A stretch of DNA of 56,471 bases, the filler included, from Dugesia japonica (Eukaryota): the NCBI GenBank assembly GCA_001938525.1. It is 5 parts of 5 records of this genome, joined end to end, with 100 filler letters (N's around TTAATTAATTAA, not from the genome) between each part and the next. Parts side by side here need not be neighbours in the genome. Positions count along the whole stretch, not along the records: positions 17,851 to 26,336 come from MQRL01599442.1; positions 26,437 to 38,201 come from MQRL01646590.1; 3 more parts are not named here. One strand, written 5' to 3'. Positions 23,721 through 37,305 of this stretch are shown piece after piece. The notes beneath the pieces were generated by a model that was given only the letters and a program-made list of their open reading frames with translations, had not been told where the DNA came from and searched no databases. Every line of letters starts with the position of its first letter. Position 1 is the stretch's first letter. A program made the translations under genes and the position numbers.

Positions 23721-24821
23721 AAACTAATCGTGCAAAATAAAGAACTAAATTATGAATTTTTAAAATAGAGAAATTAAAAGATGATTCTGTCTATCAAATT
23801 GTTGTAATAGAAGAAAAACCCGGTTTNNNNNNNNNNNNNNNNNNNNNNNNNNNNNNNNNNNNNNNNNNNNNNNNNNNNNNNNNNNNNNNNNNNNNNNNNN
23901 NNNNNNNNNNNNNNNNNNNNNNNNNNNNNNNNNNNNNNNNNNNNNNNNNNNNNNNNNNNNNNNNNNNNNNNNNNNNNNNNNNNNNNNNNNNNNNNNNNNN
24001 NNNNNNNNNNNNNNNNNNNNNNNNNNNNNNNNNNNNNNNNNNNNNNNNNNNNNNNNNNNNNNNNNNNNNNNNNNNNNNNNNNNNNNNNNNNNNNNNNNNN
24101 NNNNNNTATAAATTTTTTTACCGTTTTTTTAAGGTTCCACTTGATACTAAGGTACTATTCTTTACTAAGGTACTTTTGGGCTCAAAAGAAAACTTTTTAA
24201 GTTTACTAAGGTCGTACCTTATAACCAAAAAACAGGGTACATAAGATTTTCTAGAAATTTCTATACTTAAAAATAAGTAAAGAGCGTTTCGGAGAAATTC
24301 ACAATTTCGAACATAGAAAATTCGGCAAAAATTATTACTTTCTTATATTTCTATTTAAATGACTGTCACTATCCGTTCAGTGTTTTTTGTTTTCAATATT
24401 AAATTTTTCCTATAATTTTATTTAAAGAGTTTGGAATCAATAATCAATGTGTTTCTTTGTTAATTATAGAAAACAATTTTAAATTCACCAAATGTCACGG
24501 TTGTAAACGTCAAAATTAAGGATCTAAAACACATGTTGACTCCAATTAAACATGCTGAATGTCTTAACGTATGAACCCGAAGCTGAATCTCATAATAATT
24601 TTCACTTTTTTTCATAAATACATATTTTTTAGTAACAAAACGAAAAATTATATAAACATAAATTACAAACCGATAAAAAAACTTAATAAATTTAATAAAA
24701 CAATACAGATAAAATGTTGCATAAATAATAAAACAAATCGAAAAGGCTAATAAAAAGATTCATTCATATAAAATTCATTCTTAAAAAAATAATTTCTCTC
24801 AAATGTTTAATTCATTTCATT

Positions 24822-26336
24822 TTAAATAAGCATTCTTAAAAGAAACATTGTCAATGCACTGATTGCTGCTGAAACTGGAACTGTAACTACCCAGGCTAAA
24901 CAGATATTCCTAAATATTTTCCAATCTACATTTTCATTAGATCGATATCGGCCGACTGCAACAATTGATCCGACTTTACAATGAGTGGTAGATATCGGTA
25001 TTCCAATATTTGATGCTGCTAAAACTGTTATTGCTGCTCCGATCTCAATTGATACTCCACTAATGATAATTAGTTGGTTTTTAGTGAGACAAAATGTATT
25101 TACCTAGTCGGTGTAATTGTTGTCAAATCATCACCAATTGTTTCCATTACACGCCTTCCCCAACACCACAGTCCAACAATTATCCCAATTCCTCCGAATA
25201 GCAAAATCCAAATTGGAATTGGAGCATTACTTTTAATATCCTGTGTCTCCCCGAGAATCCATAATCCTACAAGCGGTCCGATTGCATTACTATAGGAAAG
25301 TTAGTTATTAATCGCCAAATGTTGTTTAACTTGTTCTACCTGACGTCGTTACCTCCATGAGCAAACGATCCAAAAATCGCTGTTAAAATTTGTAACCCTG
25401 AAAATATAGCGACTAGTTCTGGTTTATCCTCGATTATAAATTTTTTATGTGAATTTATTTTTTCATCATCGACGATCTCAATTTTAACATCAGACGATTT
25501 ATTTTTATCGGATTCATTGTTTATTTCATCTTTAATTTTACCATCATTAGACTCAATGTTTTCATCATTATTTTCTATTTTTGTTAATTCGTTTGTAATT
25601 TCTTTTTGGATATCAACAGAGTCAATGGCAACATTATTAATTTCTATTTTGAAAGCAGGAGATTCATTTGATTTTTCTTCAGCGGATTTATTGTTTAAAC
25701 TCTCTACAATATCTTGTTTTTTGTCTAACTCAATTTTTATACCTATTAAATACAGTTTTTTTTAATAAATTAATATTTTTTTTTCTTACAATTTCCAGCT
25801 TCTAATTCATCTTTAAACGCTTCATTGCAAATTTCCGTAGTATTTTTAGTCCTGGGATTTTTCTCTTAAAATAAAAAATTAGTATTTAATCGATATATTT
25901 CATGCACTTCCTCAAATACAAGTGCAGTTAAGGTAACGGTTGAAAATACGTAGTTATAAGATACAATTTGAAATTTGATTCCATAAATTTTATTGGCATT
26001 TACCAAATATTATATTACAATTAGTATTAATAATATATTAATAATAAAAACAAATATAATAATTATCAAACTTACCGAGTATTTTTCGTCTCAAATAGGT
26101 ATTCAAACCAAACCGTACAACAAGTATTGTTATAATAAAAAGACCAATGCTGGTTATGAAATTACCGTAAAGTGGTATTTTATCAAATTTTAATACTAAA
26201 TAAAATTAAATATTATTATTTTCTTTAATTACGAAAACTAATAACTTACAAGTTGGAGCGCTAAGAAAAATAGAGAAAGAGTTAATAAAAATTGTCAATC
26301 CATAAATAAATGGCAAAATTTTCAAACCAGGCTCTA
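24822..26336 (-). CDS. SLC20A: Type III sodium-phosphate cotransporter (PiT/SLC20 family), 3' exons only
   Basis: [65 protein letters not shown] introns 25060-25103 and 25290-25339. The 5' part is lost in a gap. Confidence 0.92.
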
Positions 26337-26439
26337 NNNNNNNNNNNNNNNNNNNNNNNNNNNNNNNNNNNNNNNNNNNNTTAATTAATTAANNNNNNNN
26401 NNNNNNNNNNNNNNNNNNNNNNNNNNNNNNNNNNNNAAG

Positions 26440-26720
26440 CTTTGATTACGGACATCAGAAGTTGAATTTATTTTGATTTTAATTTTCTCTGCAGTTTTAG
26501 ATTGTTCAGTAAGTAGAATTCTTATTTTCTTTTGTTTATTTAGAGAACTTATTTCTTTATATTTGTTAAATGTTTCTTTATCTACTTTATTAAGAAGAAA
26601 CTGTAGTGGTTTATATTTTAGCAGATAATTAAGTTCACTATATAGTCTTTTACTAAGCAAAGTCATCCACTGAAAACTTTGTTGTTTAGACAATTCTTTG
26701 GATTGGCGAGAACACCTTTT
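26440..26720 (-). pseudogene. Possible retroelement N-terminal fragment
   Basis: Basic helical ORF running into a gap; no diagnostic motif. Confidence 0.2.
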
Positions 26721-28049
26721 ATTGTTGCAATTATTTTTATTATTTATTATTAGAAAGCATTTTACGGTAAAGGTCCTTTAGATAATGTACAGGTATTTTT
26801 TAATTTCCTGCCAAATGATACTAAGAATGACTTGATCCGATCAAAAATGTGGGCAGAGTAAGTTTTTATTCTTTGATTCTTAATAGCTATTCACAGTCGC
26901 GCTTGATTGAACCGAGGATTGCATCATGAGATCCCTCGTATCATTACGCATCAATGATACCATGGCGATTCCCATACAATGAAATATTGCTGCGGAAAGT
27001 CAATACCAATGTTTGAACTCCCGCACATGAATTTTTTTATATAAATGTCAACCAATCACAATCAAATATACGTAACCACTTATGAATAGAAACATAAATT
27101 GCAACTAATCAAATTACAGGATACGTAGCCGGGTTTAAAAGATTTTCTCAAAGGGGGTGTCGACATACTCTACTATCTTCCGACAATAGAAAGTATAGAA
27201 TTGTAATTATTGAAGAAATATTAATATTGGAATTATTGTAATTATTCGTACTATTTTGTAGTATTATTAGTATGAATAGCATTATTGAAATAAATTATTG
27301 GTATGAACATAAATATTATTAAAATTATTATTATTACAATAAAAATTATTATTTGGAGAGAAAAAGGAATAGTTGAAATAAAATCATATGTGGCGAAAGA
27401 TTAGGCAAATTTATTTTATAATTTGTTTTTGATAATTAAATATTTATATTGGCAAATGTAATATCCCCAATTTATATTCAAATGTCCTGTAATTTGAATT
27501 ACAGGTAATTTCTTCTAATTTGAGTTAATGAAATTGTTAATGTTACCTATGTATTGGTTTTAAATGGGTAAACCCTAATTTTGTGTCAATCATAAGTGTA
27601 ATTTCCACGAAACCATTGGTTGTTTTATTTATCTAAAATACTGTTTATTAAATTAACACATTCTATTTTTAAAAAGAATTGAATAGCAAAATCATGAAGT
27701 TTGTCTTGTAAGTCATTTTGAGATCTAGTCAATTATGAATTGTTTCAATCTCCGGTATCATCTGCTTAAATGTCAAATATGATCGATGAGAAAATAACTA
27801 TTATAAATTTTTTAAAATCTTATTTAATTCTTGAAATTGAAAGAAAAACTATGCTATTTTCCCGATATATTCTTTTCTTAAACCAATTAAAAATCTTTGA
27901 TATTTATTTTAAGTAAAAAAAACACTTAAATTATTGAGTTAGAACACAAGATTCTTACATTAATTTTTATTTATTAAAATTCAAATAATAATTACAAAAC
28001 TGATAATATTTAAACAAAGTTTATGTATCAATTTGTAACTGATATATAA

Positions 28050-30520
28050 CTATTCTCTCTTCTAATTTTGAGTTTCAATCTTCTTCAGCCATTCCAATCT
28101 TCTGGGTTTGAGATTCTCTGCAAAGTCTTTAAGCACCTGGTGGGCTTATAAATTTAATTATTTTATATGGACCTTCATTTTTTAAAACGTCTTTCTTCAG
28201 CTTGTGTGGATCCTCCTTTACCAATACTTCCTCCCTTCCATTAAATTGTTCGTCTGTCAAATTGATATTTGCTTAACTTTTTAGCCGCTTCATATAAGTT
28301 TCAATCTGCTTCTTCCTTCATTTTTTTATGATCTAAATTTTCTTGTTGTAGTGATCCATGGTAAACCATTCTTCTTCCAAAGATGATTTCGAAAGAAGAT
28401 AATCCAGATGATCCATAGGAAATGGTATTCTTGGTAGACATTTGTCCGAGCTTGCTTCTGCGCATACATTTTTATAGTTGTTACCATTATTAGCAAGAAA
28501 TACGCTATTCTCTTCAAACATTTATTTATGACAAAGTTTTTTTAAATTAAAAAAACTGAATTAGAATAGTTTTAATATTCAAACAAATATACGCAATAAT
28601 TATTTAAATTAGTTTCTTGAAATATTTTAAATTTCAAAAACTTTATAAATATTTTAGTTGCGCATATAAATTTGAAATCAAACAATTCAAATATCATTCT
28701 CACAACCGTCATATCTCTAAAGGCTCTGATGCTTCTTTCTGCTAAGCCATTTGATTGATGCTGATATGGGAATGCGAACTCTTGTTTTACATCAAATTTA
28801 TCTGCAAGTGATTGCATTAGTTTTCCTTCAAAAATCTTTCCTCTTTCAGTTAAAAATGACTTCATTTTCCCAAAACGATATATCCACTGCTCCTTTATCT
28901 CATCAACCACTGGCTTTTCATCCTGTTTATTCAATGTTACAAAATAAACTAACCCAATAAATCTGTCAACCATGACGACAACATATTTTTTCTTAGTTTG
29001 TGCTTCAGGAAAATTAGCAATATCTATGACAACCTGTTCTATAGGTCCAAACTCTGTTCTTGGGTTAAGACACTCTTTTGCTATACCAATGTATGTCTTT
29101 CTCATATTGTATATAATATAATTTTTTAATTGGTGTTCTGCAATCCCTTTCATATTTGGCCAAAAATAACTTACATTTAAATATGCTATCAGTTTTTGAC
29201 CTCCAACGTGAAACAATTCCTCGTGAATGAAATTAATAAGTTTGGTTATCGATTGCTCTGCAAGTACGTTTTTCGTTTGGTTATTTTCATTGATAATTAA
29301 CAGTTCATCATTCATCTCATATTAATCCATTTTTGAAAAATATTAACTTTTAGCCACCATAGCACTCTGCTTACTATCACCTTTTCCTTTTTCTATATAT
29401 TTAATAATTTCTCTTGTAACAAGATCATTTCTTTGATACAACATTTATCAAAATTTGTTTTATCTAATACATTGATTCTTTTAANCCAAGCTCGTTTTTC
29501 CTTGGCATCTTGATGTGACGTCTGAAATTATGAACACCAGCTTTCGTCTTTTCTTGAAAGTCCGTAAGCATTCCCAAGTGCTGTTCTTTTTCTGAATTTT
29601 AGATCTAAATTAAATTCTGGTAAATTTTTTATCCATGTTTGGAACTGCAAACTAATAGGTTTACTCGTCTTCGTCATATATGTCAGAGCTTTATGATCTG
29701 TTCTTGCTCTAAATTTTGTTCCGAATAAATAATTTTTGAAATACACCATGATATCGTGCAATTCCAACAACACCTTGTGAATTACGCAATATCCTTTTTC
29801 ATGATACTTTAATGTGCGAGAACCAGAAGCCATTACGCGTTTTAATCCATCGTTTCTTACTTGGCTTAAAACTCCTCCAATTGCCCCAAAACTATCATCT
29901 GTATCTAATATCATTTCACTTTTATCATTTGAAAAAGCCAAGATAGGAGCACTACATAACTGAATCTTTAACATTTGAAAACTATCCTCACATTTCCTTG
30001 TCCGTTTGATGTTTTTTCATGGCCTTCAGTGGCTGCATATAATAGTACTGCAATGAGAGCGTAGTCTTTTATAAACCGCCTGTAATAAACGGTTAGACCT
30101 AGAAATGCCCGTACATTTTGGTGTCTTTACTTCTCAAATTTCCTGATAGTATCGTCATTTGCCTCAATACCTTTAGCACTAATTGTATGACCCAAGAATC
30201 GCAATTTCTTAGAATCGAATACGCATTTATCCAGATTTATCTTTAAACATGCTTGTTTGAGTAAAGAAAAAACTTTACCAACCCGCTCATCATGCTCTTT
30301 TTGAGTTCGTTCATTTATCAAGATATCATCCAAGTATACTAGTACTCTTTTATACAACATTCCGTCGAATAATTGATGCATCAAACTTTGAAAAGTTAGC
30401 GGTGCAGTGCACAATCCAAATGGTGTGCGAATAAAATAAAACTGCACCACCTTCGTATAAAAGCTGTTTTCAACTTCAATTCTTTACTTAACTCAATTTA
30501 ATAGTATGCTTGTCCAAAGA
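28050..30520 (-). mobile_element. Ty3/gypsy pol remnant (RT-RNaseH-integrase)
   Basis: PFGLCTAP, VYLDD, APILAF..LDTD.S, TDHKAL, FHVG...YFWP, PYQHQSNGLAERS and C-terminal EGPYKI. Confidence 0.9.
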
Positions 30521-30769
30521 AAACGATAATTCCATCTGATTAAACGACGCGATCTCTTTTGTTGTTTGAAGCCGTATCTGATGATCCATCAAAGAAACCC
30601 GGCTTTGGAATTAGTAACTCCTGAGTTGAAGACGATAATTTCGAAAATGATTTTTGTCTTTCATCTTTTTCTCTCTTTGCCTTCGTGTTAACTGTAACGT
30701 AGTCGCCAGTTAGAACACAAGATTCTTCCATAAATCTTTATTTATTAAAGTTTGGTAATAGAGCATATA

Positions 30770-31320
30770 GAAGAAGTAATACGATCCGTCTCTGTCTGCC
30801 ATGATTACATATATCATGGAGAACAGAGCAGAAGCCAATCTGAATGTTCCATCTATGAACAATTTTTCCACCTGGTTACTCTAATCACCATTCGACTGTC
30901 AGCCAAAGAGAAGAATTCGATTTTCGTCTTGCTCGCCTGAATCCCATAAAAGAAAGTCTTCTTTTTGTGTGACCTTGTACATACAAAATGCATCCGGAAT
31001 GATAATTGATGCTCGATTTGTAGGTTGAAGAGAAGCTGCATGATTTTCGTTTCTACTTCGCTGAATAACCTTCTTAATAGCATCTGTCTTTGAAATCTTT
31101 GCTTGAACTGCAGTCGAGGATCCTTGAAGAACACTGTTGAGGATCATTGGCGAAGTTTCTGTTGTCTCTGTTGCCCTCTTTTTAATTTCAATAATGATAA
31201 TGGCAGCCTGAGGTTGCGCTGCGTGACTTCCATGACTATGCTGGTTTATCTGCATCAAAACCTGACCATTATCTACAGCAGTATGTAAACGGACCTTATA
31301 TTCGTTCTTCTACCTTTATA
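30770..31320 (-). pseudogene. FLYWCH-type MULE transposase N-terminal fragment
   Basis: RLHT...HSH, FLLWDSG...RILLF, LFIDGTF. Confidence 0.8.
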
Positions 31321-32444
31321 GAAGAATCGCTAGAACTTCTTGAAATAGTCTGTGTGAGTAGTTTAGAAGCGAGTTAAAATTTTTTGTGGTCTGGTTGGAA
31401 ATTGTGTTTTAAAAAAATCTTTTTTTTAAAGAAAATTCAAAATCAAAAATTAATTAAGAAATTAAAATAAATTAAAATTTTTGGAAATGTCAATTTTGTT
31501 TTGAAAGTTCAGAAGATTTTAAAATGATAATTTATTAGCAAGTGATTTTGTTTTGAAAATTTTATGAAAGTATTTGTGAAAATTTTAAAAGATATATTAT
31601 TAAAAATGATCATTTTTTTGTTTTGAAATTTTATGAATTTTTTTTAACAAATTATCAATTTTTTTGTTTTAAAATTTTGTAAAAATTTTTAAATTATATG
31701 TTAGTACGAATAATCATTTCTTTGTCTTAAAATTTTATGAAAATTTTAAAAGGATGTGTTATTAAAAATTAATTATTTTCTGTAAAATTATCAAATTAAT
31801 TTAAATCTAGTTTTAAATCTAAATTTTTAAATTTTTGAAAAATAATTTCCGACTAGAGCATGAAGTTTTAATTTGTTTGTTTAAACGAATAATGATGGAT
31901 ATAATTTTTATTTTAAAAAATTTATGGAATTAAATTCTGATGTTAATAATTCGAAGAGTTTTCCAAACTCAGCTAACAGTCTGCATTGAACTTATCAAAT
32001 ACACATAGATATCTTTCGTGCATACATTGTTTTTGTAACGCTTTGATTGAATATTTTCCATGTGAATGGTTTGATAGAATGACAATTCTATTAAGTGAAA
32101 TATTAATATAATTCTACGACATTTATAAATTTGCTTAAACCTGTTTTCTTCTTTTATAAATGTGATGCATAAATAATATTAGAACTGGAGTAGGAAATTA
32201 TGGCGTATGAACCTTTAAAAGCATGGAAAATGCTATATAGACAATAAAAACAATCTGTCAACCATATTATATTGATATTTATAATATATAAACAAATCAA
32301 GTCGAAAATTTTCAACATCTGCCACTGTATAAAAAAAACGTCCAATAAACGTATACCATGCTATTAAAGTTCACTTGCATTTGCTTTATTAAAAATAATC
32401 AAAATATGAATATATATTTATTGGCGCCAAAACGTCCTGCTTCG

Positions 32445-33310
32445 GATGATATTTTCTTTGTAATTAATTCTCCTTTAGAGAACATTTTAAAATTAGCTAA
32501 TAGGATAAATGATAACATTAAATTCACTTAAAAAAATGCATTTACTTTCAGATTCCTATTCTAGACACTTTAATCCAAAAAAGACCTGGTGAAATATTAA
32601 CTACCCAATTATACATGAAACCATTTCACAGTGGGCGTATATTACCTTGGAGTAGTAATACGACCATCAGTTAGAAAATTGGTATAATTAAAGATGAAAT
32701 AATTCAAGCTGAGAGGCTATCTTCAAATGAAGAAATGAAATTGATTTCTCTCAAGTTGATAATAAATAAATTCTTGACTAACGGCTACCCAAATAAAATG
32801 ACATCGAAATATTTATTTTTAAATACAAAACAAAATAAAATCAAACCAAAAACCAACACAGTTATTAAATGACCCTTTATTAATGGGAAATGTAGCCAAA
32901 TCATGCAGAATATAATAAAAAATGCTAAACTCAAACACAATCCAAGAATTATTTTCAAANNNNNNNNNNNNNNNNNNNNNNNNNNNNNNNNNNNNNNNNN
33001 NNNNNNNNNNNNNNNNNNNNNNNNNNNNNNNNNNNNNNNNNNNNNNNNNNNNNNNNNNNNNNNNNNNNNNNNNNNNNNNNNNNNNNNNNNNNNNNNNNNN
33101 NNNNNNNNNNNNNNNNNNNNNNNNNNNNNNNNNNNNNNGAACAAGAATTATTGAACATTTGAAACAAAAAGAAATTGAAGTCTTCAAAACCTTTCAACAC
33201 AAACAAAACGTTTCACCAGAACAACATCACATTACATGGACAACACAAAGAACCGGCTACATTTCCACACTTTATAGGAAAAAACATGAAGAATTACTAA
33301 TTAAAGAAGA
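32445..33310 (+). mobile_element. Penelope-like element fragment (paralog of 46270-47908)
   Basis: DDIFF..., YMKPFHSG..LPWSSNTT, NGYPNK. DNA is similar to the reverse complement of 46300-47110. Confidence 0.8.
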
Positions 33311-33962
33311 TAATTCTAAAATCAATGTAAATTATTATAATCAAATAATTATAATTTAAAAAAATAAAAAGTAACCAATTAAAATTCAATAAAATAAAAT
33401 AAATAAATTCAAAAAAAATTTCCATTATAAACCTAAATCTTGATTAGCTTATCAATGATTTTTATTTAAATTTATTAATATTCTTAAATATAATTGATTA
33501 ATATTAATGATTTAGAAATATAATTTGTCTTTAATTATAATTTATATTTTATTTTAATATAATTTATTTATTGAAGGAAGTACAAGAAGAAATAGTACAA
33601 AATACTTTGTTTAAACATCAAAATCACAATGATCTAAGTCGTAATAAATAGTAAAATTATTGTAATATAAAATTTGTAAAATATTATATAGAAGGAGAAC
33701 ACGAATGCGAATCATAACTCAACACAGCATTCATTATATTAATTAATCATTGTAGCCTATTATGAATATTAATTTTGTAAAATTTAATAATTTGTAACTA
33801 TAACATGTTAATCTTTTTAATGAAAAAATTCTTTAGTAAAATTTGCATAAATTTCAAGAATTCCATTTATATTTACAACTAACAATAAAATAAGAATAAA
33901 TGAAATCCATTTTCATTTCAATAATTTTCATTCGAATATTCAATAGATAGGATTTGTTCTAA

Positions 33963-35423
33963 TTAATTCGAATCACTATGAGTAGGGTATCTTATTAAAA
34001 TAATATAGTAGAGCCAATAAAAACAATTGTAAAGTAGAAAACAAGCGGGAAATAAAAATCTACTATAATTATCAATAGTAGAATCCACGGAAGATTTTGA
34101 TTTTGAATTAATTGGTTTTTTCATAACAAACTTTGACATTTTGTTTCGTTCATCCAATTCTTTTAGTAAAACTTCATTTTGACTTGGATTATTGCTGAAA
34201 AGCATATTAATACCTGGGGGTAAATTTGGAACTGCTTTTGGAGCAGTCGAGGTTCCCATTATTCCAACTCTGTTGTTACTGCTCTTTTTTTCTTTAGTAA
34301 TTGAATTCATGCTTTTTATTAGTGTGAAACTTGTATGCATCAAGTTTATTTCTTCACAAATCATACTGCAAACTTCGCTTTGCCAGCTCTTCGATGTATT
34401 ACGTTTCAAAACTGAACTTGCTATAGCAAATTCTACCAGCGCTGCTATGACGAAAATAATACAAGCTATTAGCCATACATCAATAGCCTTAATATAACTA
34501 ACTCTTGGTAAAGTACTCGACATAGATATAGCCATATTAACTATACCGAGCAAAGACAAAAGTCCTAAACTTATTCTTGCTATCACCGCATCAATACTTA
34601 CCCAAAAATTCATCCATGAAACCATTATTATCAAAATACTTGGTATGTAAGTACTTGCTAAATACGATCCTAATTGACGATTTAGTATTATTATAGCTTT
34701 AAGACAAGTATAATTTCCTGTTGAAGTAGCAGAATCTTGTGTACAATCTATGGTTTCGATAAAACTGGGCGTATCGAATTCTGGTATTCTTAAACTTTTC
34801 TGTACAGTAATCATATCATAGGTTCTCCAATAAAATTTCAATTCTTCTAAAGTATATCCATAACTACCGATATTGATTTCACAGTTCTGTGTGTCCATAG
34901 GGAACGCCTGCAATTCCATCTGACATGAAAACACCATGGTAAGTTTCTGACTATATAAAACTTCTCCATTGGGTTGTAATCTCATTAAATAATTTGGTTT
35001 TGTCATGTTGTGAATATAACCTTTTTTTCCATTTCTGAAAAATAAATCTGGAAGCCAAATAATATCTTTAAGAGATGGAGAAACGATATTATTATTATAA
35101 TGTTTGAATTCGTCAAGGTGTTCCCATCTTAATCTAGAATCAATCCATACTTGACGAAGGTAAACATCAGTACTATATTGCATTTGACGAACATCAACAG
35201 AATCTATTGCCAATATTTTTATATAAACCATCACTAAAGTTGTGTTACTTTCATCAGGTCGTTCTCGTTTTTTGTAAATCGTATCATTCAAAAGTTTATT
35301 TCTGATATTTTCCTGGGTGGACAAATGTTTTGCTTGCTTATCACAAATCGCTAAATCGAAGAGAATCAAAAATAAAAAATATCCCATAATAAATATCCAA
35401 AAACGAATTGGAAAATTCAGCAT
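33963..35423 (-). CDS. Cys-loop ligand-gated anion channel subunit (GluCl/glycine receptor-like), intronless, 486 aa
   Basis: Signal peptide, WLPDLFF, Cys-loop CQMELQAFPMDTQNC, loop C disulfide DC...YTC, M1 YIPS..VSW..FW, M2, LPRVSYIKAIDVW, M4 IDNYSRFLFP. Confidence 0.95.
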   Translation of the reverse strand: MLNFPIRFWIFIMGYFLFLILFDLAICDKQAKHLSTQENIRNKLLNDTIYKKRERPDESNTTLVMVYIKILAIDSVDVRQMQYSTDVYLRQVWIDSRLRWEHLDEFKHYNNNIVSPSLKDIIWLPDLFFRNGKKGYIHNMTKPNYLMRLQPNGEVLYSQKLTMVFSCQMELQAFPMDTQNCEINIGSYGYTLEELKFYWRTYDMITVQKSLRIPEFDTPSFIETIDCTQDSATSTGNYTCLKAIIILNRQLGSYLASTYIPSILIIMVSWMNFWVSIDAVIARISLGLLSLLGIVNMAISMSSTLPRVSYIKAIDVWLIACIIFVIAALVEFAIASSVLKRNTSKSWQSEVCSMICEEINLMHTSFTLIKSMNSITKEKKSSNNRVGIMGTSTAPKAVPNLPPGINMLFSNNPSQNEVLLKELDERNKMSKFVMKKPINSKSKSSVDSTIDNYSRFLFPACFLLYNCFYWLYYIILIRYPTHSDSN

Positions 35424-36879
35424 TCTTGGGAGTTGTAAAAAAAAACAAAAGACACGCTGTTTTAAATTACTTTCCAGGAAATTTCTAATTCAATTTAGGA
35501 TTGACTGGATTGAAAAAAAAACTGACACAACACTCTTTTCTACAATTTGTTTACGTTTTTTCTTCTCTATTTTCCCACAAATACATCATCAATATCTGTA
35601 AAGGTAAGAAAAAATTCTTGTTGCTCGATAGACAGAGTATCAACTCCAAAAAAAAGAAATCAGATACATGCTGAGATTAACAAAAATTTAAATACCACAC
35701 AGTCATCTATGCATTTGAAAATTTTTCTTATGTTTTATTTAGGATGAAAAAATTTCAATTTTTGAAGATATTGGTTTAATTTTATTCACTGAAAATTTGG
35801 TATAATATTTCAGTTATTTGCTGAATTTTTTGAAAGACAAATTTCATATATGAAATACGAATACTTTGCTAGAAAATGAATTTGTTTATGTTTATAATTA
35901 AAGTTTTTTTTTAATTTTAGTAATAATATAAACACTTCTATTTAATAGTAAATTTGTGAATGAATTTTTTTTGCACTAAATATTAGCAATTTTTAAAATT
36001 TATTCTTTTTATAAGAATATCATTAATAGGAAAAAAATTTGAAAAATCTACGAATAAAATTTATATAATCCTAAAATGTAGTTTTCTTTAATAAAATAAT
36101 AACTTTTTTTAAAGAAAAAAAATTTTGTAATTTTTTATTAAATTATTTTACTTAATCCTTAAATGGATTGAAGGAATAGAAATATATAATGAAATTGATA
36201 TTATATAATTTATATAATTCTTTATTTATATATTCTTAATTGTAAATGGTAAAACCAATACGTTAATCAAGAGATTTTCAACCTTGTACTAGCAAGAAAC
36301 TGTTGAATGAAAAAAAAATTAACAATAAAGAAAATGAAAAGTAACTTTGGTTTTTAAGATCTTGCTACATTGATAAATGTTTCACGTCTATTATAATTAC
36401 GCTTCCATTACGCGTTTCTATTATATTGGTTACTAATACAAATTGACGAAGAGATTTTATACTTTCAAAATGACACCATATTAAAATCTCACAATACGGA
36501 TGAATACTTGAGGAATTTAGTTGACCTTAGAAAGTATAATCTTTGGAAAATATGAGGATTTAAAATCAAATGCTATTTTGGTTCTAGATATTTATGCGGA
36601 TCTTTATTTCCTTCTGAATATTATAAAATCAAAATTCAGATGTCAACTTACTAATTGCTAGCCTTGAAGATTGTTTAAGATTAGAACTGTTATCGTACAT
36701 TTTCAACTGAGAAATTAGCAAACGAAATGCAGTGTCAAAAATCGCCCTAATAAATATGTTTCAGTAAATATAAGTTACAAAATTTATGTTTTAATAAATG
36801 GCATAATTTTTATTTCTTTATTTTTTCAAATCTGATTGTACCGCCATTATTTTTTGCAATCTCAAATACGGTATCATCC

Positions 36880-37305
36880 AATAAAGACACACGAAAAAGG
36901 GCGACTAGCAAAAGGTGTCCCTCAAAAGGGCGAACCTCAATAAAAGCGACTAGTTCAAAAAATTGAATTATTTGATTATAAATCAACGAGATTTTTCCTT
37001 TAATATTAAGATTAAAATACTGAGATTAGAATAATGGAGTAAGCGTACATAAAAATCAACAATGGCGCGGATTTCTTGACAATTAACGACTACACGTTTG
37101 GAAAAGAGAAGATTATTATTCGCAAGAAGATTTGGAGATGTATAGAACATACTTCGTACAGCGAAATGTACAATGCAATACGAGAGATGAAGTTATTACA
37201 AAGCAACAGACATTATGTTTATGACATTATCTTTCTTACAATCTGTCACACGCGCCTTTTTGATGGTAGCTTTTATCGATGCTTGCCCTTTTGATGATCG
37301 TGCGC
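36880..37305 (+). mobile_element. Internally deleted MULE derivative
   Basis: aaaagggcga repeats at the left end and gcccttttg-type inverted copies at the right. Internal FLYWCH-like FLTINDYTF...IWRC. Confidence 0.55.

Noticed and set aside
32785-33359. ORFs spanning N runs (also 16646-16948, 42066-42333, 51484-51945)
   Set aside because: Open only because N codons contain no stops.
34192-35747. Plus-strand ORFs overlapping the channel gene (similarly 25074-25765, 6282-6656, 47210-47455)
   Set aside because: Antisense shadows of real coding sequence.
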